Positions 49,260 through 57,721 of a DNA stretch of 64,000 bases are shown here, in pieces (position 1 is the first letter of the stretch; the number at the start of each line of letters is the position of its first letter). The position numbers and the translations under genes are program-made. The DNA is from Thermoproteota archaeon. GTDB taxonomy: Archaea; Korarchaeota; JAOZGF01; JAOZFZ01. The stretch spans positions 113,929 to 177,928 of the forward strand of contig JAOZFT010000004.1 in NCBI GenBank assembly GCA_027492035.1, in the 5' to 3' direction. The notes under the pieces are model-generated. The model had not been told where the DNA came from. It searched no databases and saw nothing but the letters and a program-made list of their open reading frames with translations.

Positions 49260-50222
49260 TCACACAGCACCGAAAAGGGAAAATTTAGCTAGAAGAGCAC
49301 TTAGCTGGACATCTGGATGTGCTCCTTCACTTAACCTAAAGTCAACTTCACCTACGTAGTCTAGTAAGGCCGTCTTTCTTTCTTCTTCTATATCCATGTT
49401 AAGAATTTCTCTATGAACTTGTTGCAAAATGTCAGAAGCAGAAACTCCATACCTTGTCATCAAATTGTAAAGGGTATCACGTGCCTCCTTGAATTTACCT
49501 TCTAAAGAGAGAGTCAACATTTTCCTTATTTCAGCAGGGTGAGCCCTGCCAGCTACCTTAAAGACTATTTCTTCAGTAATCTCTTCATTAAGAGCTGCAG
49601 AGGTTTGTAATAAATTTATTGCCCTCCTTAGGTCGCCTTCAGTGATGTAAACTATTGCATCAAGCCCCTTTCCAGAAATCGAAACCTTCTCCTTCTCAGC
49701 AATATAGAGGAGTCTTTCTTTAATCTTCTCTTCACTGATTCTTTGAAACCTGAAAATAGCACATCGTGACTGTATAGGTTCAATTATTTTAGAAGAGTAA
49801 TTACAAATTAATATGAATCTGCAATTGTGTGAAAAAATCTCCATTGTTCGCCTTAATGCCTGTTGAGCATCGCTGGTTAAATTATCAGCTTCATCTAGAC
49901 AAATTATTTTATAGGGGAACTCTCCTATTGGAGATGTTCTTGCAAAATCCTTAACTCTGGTTCTAATTGTCTCTATACCCCTTTCATCTGATGCATTCAA
50001 CTCAATAAAGTTGGATCTAAAACTCCCTGGACCGAACAATTCTTTAGCTAAACAAATCGCAGCAGTAGTTTTTCCGGTTCCTGGAGGACCTGCAAATAAC
50101 ATATGAGGAATTGATTTAGTAGCTACGAACCTTTTTAACCTTTCAACTGTCTCCTCTTGGTCAGTAATTTCTTTTAAAGTCTGAGGCCTATATTTCTCGG
50201 TCCAGATGCCATTAGCGCTCAT
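49260..50222 (-). CDS. rfcS: Replication factor C, small subunit
   Basis: WTEKYRP, GPPGTGKT, CLDEAD, SRC motifs; start taken at the Met preceding WTEKYRP (ORF track starts 27 nt upstream). Confidence 0.9.
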   Translation of the reverse strand: MSANGIWTEKYRPQTLKEITDQEETVERLKRFVATKSIPHMLFAGPPGTGKTTAAICLAKELFGPGSFRSNFIELNASDERGIETIRTRVKDFARTSPIGEFPYKIICLDEADNLTSDAQQALRRTMEIFSHNCRFILICNYSSKIIEPIQSRCAIFRFQRISEEKIKERLLYIAEKEKVSISGKGLDAIVYITEGDLRRAINLLQTSAALNEEITEEIVFKVAGRAHPAEIRKMLTLSLEGKFKEARDTLYNLMTRYGVSASDILQQVHREILNMDIEEERKTALLDYVGEVDFRLSEGAHPDVQLSALLAKFSLFGAV

Positions 50223-50331
50223 CAAAACAACCTCTAAACCCTGAACCAAAAATTTAAAATACCTTTCAAAAACAATGAACTACTATATTTATTTAATGCC
50301 CCTTATAAAAAATAAATGCTCAGCTATAACA

Positions 50332-50363
50332 AAAAAGTTTTCTTCTTAAGAGAAGAAAACTTT
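50332..50363. promoter_or_regulatory. Perfect inverted repeat (14-bp arms, 4-nt centre) in the rfcS / GINS-mcm divergent intergenic region
   Basis: AAAAGTTTTCTTCT-TAAG-AGAAGAAAACTTTT; followed by tandem AGAAAACAG AGAAAACAG at 50370-50387. Confidence 0.5.
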
Positions 50364-50407
50364 TCACGGCAGAAAACAGAGAAAACAGAAGAAAAAGCAA
50401 GAGGGAT

Positions 50408-50947
50408 ATGGAAGGAGAAGAGTGGGAGTTGGAAACAAAAACTAAGAAAAGAATAAAGAATCAATATAATCTCTTAAATGATGCCCGAGTAAAATCAAAA
50501 AGGGGCTTCTACCTACTGAATGAGGAAGGAAACAAGGAAGAAATTAAAAAAGATGAAATTATTAATGTACCGGTTTGGCAAGCTGAATTCTTGATAAGGG
50601 AAAACCTTGCAGAACCCATATATGAGAAAATAAATAATGAAACCTTAATGAGGATTCTTTCACTTGAGCAACTGAATACGTTTTCGTTGTATGAATTACC
50701 AAAAGATTTTTACCTTAACTGCCTACATACATTGGAACAATTAAAAAAGAGTAAGGATAAAGCAGCAAATGACTTCCTGAACCGACTAGAAAACTTAATA
50801 ACGCTTAGGTTACAGAAGATACTTAAGATGGCGGCTAAGAACTTAGAAAAAAGAAAAGAAAGGGAAAAGATGACAGCTGAGGAAGAACTGCTGTATGATT
50901 GGGTAAGGAAATTAGTAAATGATTGGGTTAAATCATTAATAGTTTAA
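50408..50947 (+). CDS. GINS subunit (Gins23-like), putative
   Basis: 179-aa helical protein directly upstream of and co-oriented with mcm, as in the Sulfolobus gins23-mcm pair; assignment by position and size only. Confidence 0.4.
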   Translation: MEGEEWELETKTKKRIKNQYNLLNDARVKSKRGFYLLNEEGNKEEIKKDEIINVPVWQAEFLIRENLAEPIYEKINNETLMRILSLEQLNTFSLYELPKDFYLNCLHTLEQLKKSKDKAANDFLNRLENLITLRLQKILKMAAKNLEKRKEREKMTAEEELLYDWVRKLVNDWVKSLIV

Positions 50948-50964
50948 GTAACTTAGGGAGAGGT

Positions 50965-53046
50965 ATGGAATTGCAACAGCTAAAAATATCACAAGAAACT
51001 TTAATCAAGACATTCCAAGATTTTCTGCTTAGCTTTCAAAGTGGAGGCAGAAAAGGATATTATGAACAACTTAAAGGTTTACCTGAAACAGGAGGAATTT
51101 CGATAAACGTTAATTACAGCGATGTTTTAATGTACAACCCAGAAATAGCGAATACTTTATTAGAGAAACCAGAAAAAATAATTAAGTCAGCATCTGAAGC
51201 ACTTAAAAGAACAATCTCCCAAATAGACCCTGAATATGCTAGATATAAGAAAAGATTTTACGTGAGGTTTCATAATTTACCCTATAAATCAGCTATAAGA
51301 GATCTACGTGCAAGTCAGATAGGGAAACTAGTGGAAATAGAGGGAGTGGTAACGCAGGCCTCAGCAATTCAAGCCCAGATGATAACAGCAACATATGAAT
51401 GTAGGAGTTGCTCCTCTATTTTTGAGGTTCCAATAGATGAAGATAACCCAAGTTTCCAAAAAAGTGTTTTAATTTGCCCAAATTGTGGAAGAAAAGGCCT
51501 ACACAAGCTACAGCTGGAAAACTGTACTTTCATGGACTGGCAAAGTATAAGGCTGCAGGAGGACCATGAAAACCTTCCTCCAGGTAGGTTACCTCGATCA
51601 ATATTATGTATTCTAAAGGAAGATTTAGCTGATAAAGTTAGGCCGGGGGACCATGTGCAACTTGTAGGTATACTAAAACCTATAAGGTTAATCCGCAAAG
51701 GGGAAGTAAGTAAGCTAAATTATTCCATTTATTTAGAGGGAAACTATGTAAAAGCATTAGGTGAAGAAGTAGAGACTGAGGAATTAAGTGAAGAAGACAT
51801 TGAAAAGATAAAATCTTTAGCAAAAGACCCAAATATAGCAGAAAGAATAGTAAACTCCATTTCTCCTTCGATATATGGCTTAAGCGAAGTTAAAAAAGCA
51901 ATAACTTTACTGCTTTTTGGTGGAAACCCAAAACATTTAGAAGGAGGAGGAAAAATAAGAGGGGATCTAAACATATTGTTAGTAGGTGATCCTGGAACTG
52001 GCAAAAGCCAAATATTAAAAAATGTAGCGAGAGTAGCACCAAGAGGATTATACACTACGGGTAAAGGATCTACAGCTGCAGGGTTAACGGCAGCTGTAGT
52101 TAAGGATTCATTGACAGGGAATTGGAGTCTGGAAGCAGGGGCTTTAGTTTTAGCTGATAAAGGAGTTGCATGTATAGATGAGTTTGATAAAATGAGCAAC
52201 AATGACAGAGTTGCAATTCATGAGGCTATGGAACAACAAACTATTTCGATAGCAAAGGCAGGCATAGTTGCGACTTTAAACGCTAGAACATCAATATTAG
52301 CGGCAGCCAATCCTGCTTGGGGCAGGTATGATGAAGATAGAAGCCCAGCTGAGAACATAAATTTGCCAGTTACGATACTGTCAAGATTTGATTTGATATT
52401 TCTAATTAAAGATGCGCCTGAGGCTCCAAAGGATAAAAATGTAGCCGAATTCATCCTTAAACTTCACGCTGGCAGAGGGGAAAATAATCAAGACTTGATA
52501 GAGCCTGTTCTCCTGAAAAAGTATATCCTTTACGCAAGAAAAAACATAAAGCCCCGTTTGACAAGGCAAGCTTTAGGAAGAATAAAACAGTTTTATTTAA
52601 AATTAAGGAAGGAAAGCGAAGAAAAACAAGTGATTGCGATAACGCCTAGGCAATTAGAGGCAGTAATTAGAATGAGTGAAGCAAGGGCGAAAATGGAACT
52701 TAGAAAACAAGTAAAAGAAACAGATGCTGAATTCGCAATCAATTTAATGGAAGAGTTCCTTAACCAAATAGGCTACGAAAGGAAAGAGGGTGCATACGAT
52801 ATAGATAGAGTAATCACAGGAGTGTCCTTCTCAAAAAGAAAAAGAATATTAGCCCTTGAATCTTTAATAAAGGAACTTTATGAAGACAATGGAAAAAGGC
52901 CTGTTGAAATATCAACCGTTATAGATACTTTTAAAGAGAAACATGGAATACAGGAGACATTAATAAGGGAAGATCTTGCCAGACTAAAGAAGGAGGGAAG
53001 AGTACTCTTTCCAAAAGAGGGATATGTGATACCTCTCGGATCCTAA
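50965..53046 (+). CDS. mcm: MCM replicative helicase
   Basis: Zn finger CRSC...CPNCG, Walker A GDPGTGKSQ, Walker B CIDEFDKM, arginine finger SRFDL; 693 aa, no intein. Confidence 0.95.
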   Translation: MELQQLKISQETLIKTFQDFLLSFQSGGRKGYYEQLKGLPETGGISINVNYSDVLMYNPEIANTLLEKPEKIIKSASEALKRTISQIDPEYARYKKRFYVRFHNLPYKSAIRDLRASQIGKLVEIEGVVTQASAIQAQMITATYECRSCSSIFEVPIDEDNPSFQKSVLICPNCGRKGLHKLQLENCTFMDWQSIRLQEDHENLPPGRLPRSILCILKEDLADKVRPGDHVQLVGILKPIRLIRKGEVSKLNYSIYLEGNYVKALGEEVETEELSEEDIEKIKSLAKDPNIAERIVNSISPSIYGLSEVKKAITLLLFGGNPKHLEGGGKIRGDLNILLVGDPGTGKSQILKNVARVAPRGLYTTGKGSTAAGLTAAVVKDSLTGNWSLEAGALVLADKGVACIDEFDKMSNNDRVAIHEAMEQQTISIAKAGIVATLNARTSILAAANPAWGRYDEDRSPAENINLPVTILSRFDLIFLIKDAPEAPKDKNVAEFILKLHAGRGENNQDLIEPVLLKKYILYARKNIKPRLTRQALGRIKQFYLKLRKESEEKQVIAITPRQLEAVIRMSEARAKMELRKQVKETDAEFAINLMEEFLNQIGYERKEGAYDIDRVITGVSFSKRKRILALESLIKELYEDNGKRPVEISTVIDTFKEKHGIQETLIREDLARLKKEGRVLFPKEGYVIPLGS

Positions 53047-53051
53047 GGTGT

Positions 53052-55625
53052 GTAAAGATAAAGGAACCTAATCTCCCGGAAAAAGTTGCACAAGCAGCTG
53101 CGAAATTAGGCATAAGGGCCCTTTTCCCGCCTCAAATAAGAGCTATAAAGAAGGGAATTCTAAAGGGTAAAAATTTCGTCATAGCTACACCTACAGCTAG
53201 TGGAAAAACATTTATAGCATTAGCTGCGATAATAACCAAGTTAAATAAACACAGTGATAAAGCTATTTATTTAGCACCTCTACGGAGTATAGCATCGGAA
53301 AAATACAGTGAATTCAAAGAATTATTTGATGAATTAGGGTTAAGGACGGCTATTTCCACCGGTGACTTCGATCTTTCACCCGACTGGTTGAAAGGATATA
53401 ACATAATTATTTCCACGAATGAAAAAATTGACTCAATCATTAGACACAACCCAAAGTGGTTACAAGACGTAAAGGTAGTTGTAGTGGATGAAGTGCACCT
53501 TATTGACAGTTTGAAACGTGGCCCAATAATCGAACTCTTAATCGCTAAACTAAGGAAGAAAATAGAAAACCCACAAATTTTGTGCTTAAGTGCAACAATT
53601 AAAAATGTGAAAGAACTAGCGGAATGGATTAATGGAACATATATAAGCAGCAACTGGAGACCCGTAGAACTCAGGGAGGGAGTATTTTATGATTACAAAA
53701 TCTATTGGAGCAATGGAACAAAAAACGTAAGGAAAATTAAGGGGGAGAAATACACAGACCTCTGTCTAGATACATTAAAGGAGAAAGGGCAGGTACTTGT
53801 TTTTTTAAACACCAGAAAAAACGCAGAAAACACCGCAGAAAAAGTAAAGAACGCTATTTCCAACACTCTTACTGAAGAAGAGAAAAAGGAACTTAAAAAA
53901 ACAGCTAGAAGGATTATTTCAGAAGGAGAACAAACTAAACTTTCGAAAAAACTAGCTAACCTAATAATGAGTGGAGTTGCATATCATCACGCAGGTTTAA
54001 GGCATATTCATCGTGCAATAGTAGAGGAAGCATTCAGAAGTAATTTTCTAAAAGTTATTTGTGCAACCCCCACCTTAGCTGCAGGAGTTAACCTCCCAGC
54101 TAGGAGGGTAATAATAGGGCAAATTCATAGATTTTCAAAGGGAAAAGGAAGTCAACCTATTTCTGTAATGGAGTACAAACAAATGTGTCTGCCGTATGAC
54201 ACGCTGATCTTAACAGAAGAAGGGGAGATAGAGATAGGGGAGATAGTTGAAAAGAGAACTCCAAAAAAAGTTGTCAGTTTAGATCTTGAAACCGGTAAAG
54301 TAACCTTGAGCAAGATATTATCCTTTTTTGAAAGGAAAACTAATTTTTTGGTTAAACTCTTTTTAACTACTGGCTTAAACCTAGAACTGACACCTAACCA
54401 TCCATTGCTGGCAGTTAAAAACGGAAGGTACGGATGGTTACTTGCAAAAAGAATACGGAGAGGCGATGTTGTATTTACGTTAGATAAAGGGCTAATGAGA
54501 AAGATAAAAGTGAAAAAGGTAAAAAGAATAAACTTAGATAGCCCGATCACTGTCTTCAATTTGAAAACAGAAAAGGAAACCTTTTTTGCGGAAAGAATTG
54601 TATTGCATAATTGTGGACGGGCAGGTAGACCAAAGTATGATGAAATAGGGGAGGCGGTTCTTATAGCAAACACTGAAGAAAGAAAGGAAAAGTACTTAAA
54701 AAAGTACGTGAACTCGAAACCAGAAAAAATAAAATCGAAACTGGTTGATTCACCTGCCCTAAGAGCGCAGATTCTGTCACTAATAACTTCTAATTTGGCA
54801 TTCACTCCTGAAGATATGAGGGACATATTTAAGTTGACTTTTTATTACAGCCAAACTAAAGAGAAAAAGAAAATAGAGAGAAAGATTAAAGAAACATTAG
54901 ATTTCTTGTTACTTAACGGATTTATAAAGAAAACAGGGGACTTGCTTCATGCTACAAAGTTAGGAAAAAGGGTTTCTTTACTTTATTTAGATCCTCTTAC
55001 AGCAATAATTTTACTTAAAGGAATGGAAAAACTAGAAAAGAAGAAAGTCACTCCTCTTTCATTACTAACACTGATCTGCCTCACTCCAGACATGGAAACA
55101 CTAAGTTACCGTAAGGCATTCTATCACGAAATGAACAACTTACTTAAAGAAAGAGAGGAAGAACTACCCCTAGAAGTTTATTATACTTCAACCTATTACT
55201 TGCTCGATCAAGACTGGCTGCAAGCAATATGGACTGCAAATATGCTTGAGAAATGGATAAATGAAGAAAATGAAGACACTTTAAACTTTAAGTACGGAGT
55301 TGGCCCAGGAGACATAAGAAGAGTAAATGAAAGTGCTGATTGGCTCCTCTACTCCATGCAGGAATTAGCCAAAACGTTTAAACATGAGAATTACATTCCT
55401 TTAATTGAAGAACTAAGGCAAAGAATAAAATATGGAGTGAAGAAGGAACTAATTGAATTAACTACCATAAAGGGTATTGGAAGGGTAAGAGCCAGAGTCC
55501 TCTACAATAAGGGATACAAACGTTTAGAAGATTTGAGTAAGGCGTCTATAAATGAACTTGCTAAACTTCCAGCTATAGGCGAAGCCTTAGCAAAAAGTAT
55601 TAAAGAACAACTAAATGAGGAATAG
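53052..55625 (+). CDS. hel308: Hel308 (Hjm) Ski2-like helicase, containing a mini-intein; true start codon unresolved
   Basis: Walker A ATPTASGKT, DEVH box VVVVDEVHL, motif VI QM-CGRAGRP interrupted by intein, C-terminal HhH (IKGIGRVRARVL). Homologous N-terminus lies upstream of the ORF-track start (53388) with no ATG/GTG/TTG in frame back to the stop at 52905; 53052 is a frame-consistent placeholder. Confidence 0.8.
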   Translation, partial: VKIKEPNLPEKVAQAAAKLGIRALFPPQIRAIKKGILKGKNFVIATPTASGKTFIALAAIITKLNKHSDKAIYLAPLRSIASEKYSEFKELFDELGLRTAISTGDFDLSPDWLKGYNIIISTNEKIDSIIRHNPKWLQDVKVVVVDEVHLIDSLKRGPIIELLIAKLRKKIENPQILCLSATIKNVKELAEWINGTYISSNWRPVELREGVFYDYKIYWSNGTKNVRKIKGEKYTDLCLDTLKEKGQVLVFLNTRKNAENTAEKVKNAISNTLTEEEKKELKKTARRIISEGEQTKLSKKLANLIMSGVAYHHAGLRHIHRAIVEEAFRSNFLKVICATPTLAAGVNLPARRVIIGQIHRFSKGKGSQPISVMEYKQMCLPYDTLILTEEGEIEIGEIVEKRTPKKVVSLDLETGKVTLSKILSFFERKTNFLVKLFLTTGLNLELTPNHPLLAVKNGRYGWLLAKRIRRGDVVFTLDKGLMRKIKVKKVKRINLDSPITVFNLKTEKETFFAERIVLHNCGRAGRPKYDEIGEAVLIANTEERKEKYLKKYVNSKPEKIKSKLVDSPALRAQILSLITSNLAFTPEDMRDIFKLTFYYSQTKEKKKIERKIKETLDFLLLNGFIKKTGDLLHATKLGKRVSLLYLDPLTAIILLKGMEKLEKKKVTPLSLLTLICLTPDMETLSYRKAFYHEMNNLLKEREEELPLEVYYTSTYYLLDQDWLQAIWTANMLEKWINEENEDTLNFKYGVGPGDIRRVNESADWLLYSMQELAKTFKHENYIPLIEELRQRIKYGVKKELIELTTIKGIGRVRARVLYNKGYKRLEDLSKASINELAKLPAIGEALAKSIKEQLNEE
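54186..54611 (+). other. Mini-intein (142 aa, no homing-endonuclease domain) in Hel308 motif VI
   Basis: Begins with Cys (CLPYDTLILTEEG, block A), contains TPNHPLL (block B TxxH), ends FFAERIVLHN followed by Cys +1; flanking exteins YKQM / CGRAGRP reconstitute motif VI. Confidence 0.8.
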
Positions 55626-55655
55626 TGGAAGGTAAGGGTGAGTTGGTGGTAGCAT

Positions 55656-57059
55656 ATGTCTGTTTGCCCAATTGACACCGGAAGATATGGAAGAGAACCC
55701 TTAAAGAAAATTTTTACTGAAGAGGGACGTATAGAAAGGCTGCTAAAAGTTGAAGCCACCATAGCCAAAACACATGCTGAAATAGGAATCATACCTAAGG
55801 AAGCAGCACAAGAGATAGAGAAGAAGGCTTCCTTAAAATATGTAAAAATAGAGAGGATAAAGGAGATAGAAAAAGAAATACACCATGAAACAATGGCGAT
55901 GGTTCTTGCGTTAGCGGAACAATGTGGGAAATATGGGGGATACGTGCATTTAGGTTTAACAAGTAGTGATGCTTTAGATACTGCACTAGCAATCCAAATA
56001 AAGGATGCATTAAAAATAATTGAAGGCAAGCTAGAGAAATTGATTCTTAAACTAGTGGAGAAAGCTTTAAAGTATAAAAGTTTACCTATGATCGGAAGAA
56101 CCCATGGACAGCATGCAATACCTATAACTCTCGGTTTTAAATTTGCCCTGTTCGCTTCAGAGTTTCATAGACATTATGAAAGATTACAAGAAATAAAATC
56201 TCGAATTTTAGTTGGGAAAATCTCCGGTGCAACAGGTACGTTTGCAGCTTTGGGTAAAAAGGGCATCTTGATACAAAAGAGAACGTTAGAGAAATTGGGG
56301 CTGGGTGAACCCTTAATTACGACACAAATAATACAGAGAGATAGACATGCTGAACTAATTTTTCTGCTTGCATTAATAGGTACTTCTTTAGATAAGTTAG
56401 CAACAGAGATAAGGAACTTACAAAGGACAGAGATAAGTGAAGTCTCTGAGCCATTCAATAAACAGCAGATAGGTTCCAGCACAATGCCTCAGAAAAGAAA
56501 CCCTACGAAATCAGAGAGAATAACAAGTTTATCCCGACTTTTAAGATCAATGGTTTACCCAAGTCTAGAAAATATTGTCACGTGGCATGAAAGAGACCTA
56601 ACCAACTCAGCAAATGAAAGATTTACAGTGCCTGAGTCATTTATTTTGCTAGACGAGATGTTGACTGAGATGATTGAAATAATAGAGAAAATCAAGGTTA
56701 ACAAAGAAAAAATAAAGGAAAATCTTCACTTAACAAAAGGGTTAGTGATGTCGGAAAGAATAATGATGGCATTAACCAAAAAGGGGATGGGTAGACAGGA
56801 GGCCCACCAAACGTTGCGAAAAATAGCACTCAAATCGGTAAATGAAAACAAAGAATTCAGAATTACTCTTCTCCAAGACAAAGAAATAAAGAAGAAATTA
56901 ACCAGGAAAGAAATAGATGAACTTTTGAACCCTGAAACTTACACAGGTTTAGCAGAGAAAGTAATTGAAAGGACAATTCAGGCAATAAACAACTCGTTAA
57001 ACAAAAAAAGAGGGGAGGGGTTGGGAGAAGCTGATGCTATTCTTTTTAAACGCCTCTAA
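55656..57059 (+). CDS. purB: Adenylosuccinate lyase
   Basis: Fumarate-lyase family; GLTSSDALDTA and the SSTMPQKRNP signature; 467 aa. Confidence 0.9.
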   Translation: MSVCPIDTGRYGREPLKKIFTEEGRIERLLKVEATIAKTHAEIGIIPKEAAQEIEKKASLKYVKIERIKEIEKEIHHETMAMVLALAEQCGKYGGYVHLGLTSSDALDTALAIQIKDALKIIEGKLEKLILKLVEKALKYKSLPMIGRTHGQHAIPITLGFKFALFASEFHRHYERLQEIKSRILVGKISGATGTFAALGKKGILIQKRTLEKLGLGEPLITTQIIQRDRHAELIFLLALIGTSLDKLATEIRNLQRTEISEVSEPFNKQQIGSSTMPQKRNPTKSERITSLSRLLRSMVYPSLENIVTWHERDLTNSANERFTVPESFILLDEMLTEMIEIIEKIKVNKEKIKENLHLTKGLVMSERIMMALTKKGMGRQEAHQTLRKIALKSVNENKEFRITLLQDKEIKKKLTRKEIDELLNPETYTGLAEKVIERTIQAINNSLNKKRGEGLGEADAILFKRL

Positions 57060-57252
57060 CAGCCAATTTAACGTCTTCTTCGAGAACTGTTTTCCTACCT
57101 GCATGTTTAGCGAAGTCTGCAGCTCTCCGGCTGAGTTTTTCGGCGTAATTTTCAACCACGTCCCTTAACACTAACCTTGCATTCTCACTTACTCTGACCG
57201 CACCGGCTTTCCTCATAATTTTATCCAAAGGAGCTAATGGTAATTCAGCCAT
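57046..57252 (-). CDS. Archaeal histone (HMf-type histone fold)
   Basis: MAELPLAPLDKIMRKAGAVRVSENARLVLRDVVENYAEKLSRRAADFAKHAGRKTVLEEDVKLAVRGV matches the archaeal histone pattern. Confidence 0.85.
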   Translation of the reverse strand: MAELPLAPLDKIMRKAGAVRVSENARLVLRDVVENYAEKLSRRAADFAKHAGRKTVLEEDVKLAVRGV

Positions 57253-57521
57253 ACAAAACTCACCTAACGAAAAAACTTATACAAATTTATATTTAAATCT
57301 TCCCTTTTTCTTAATGCTCCATTGACCACAAACCACGAAACAAATCAAAAAAGTTACTGCCATTAAGTGACATAAGGGAAACCCTAGCAAAAATTTTGCG
57401 AAAAAGGAAGAAAAAATCAAATAATTTTAGGAAAATATTTCAAAAATTCGCGAATAAGAGAAAGGGAATAAAACAAAACAAAAAAATTTAAATTATGCTG
57501 ATTAACATAATATAAAGAGAA

Positions 57522-57640
57522 GGGGCCGTAGTCCAGCCAGAGGGAAGCCTAGATATGGGCTTTTCAGGCAAGGTAGGATGCCTGCCTGGGGAAATTAGCC
57601 GGAACGCAGGTGGTCCCGGGTTCAAATCCCGGCGGCCCCA
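57522..57640 (+). tRNA. tRNA-Pro(GGG) with two predicted introns (about 31 nt in the D-loop, about 13 nt in the anticodon loop); CCA encoded (to 57643)
   Basis: Acceptor GGGGCCG/CGGCCCC, D-stem GUCC/GGAU with insertion in the loop, anticodon stem CCUGC/GCAGG with loop CUGGGG + short intron, T-arm CCGGG-UUCAAAU-CCCGG, then A-CCA in the genome. Confidence 0.6.
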
Positions 57641-57721
57641 CCATTCCCAGCTTTTAAAATGTAGAGACGTAAAGAAGGGAATAAGTATTTTTTGAGTATA
57701 ACTCTTTGGAGAAAAGAAACT

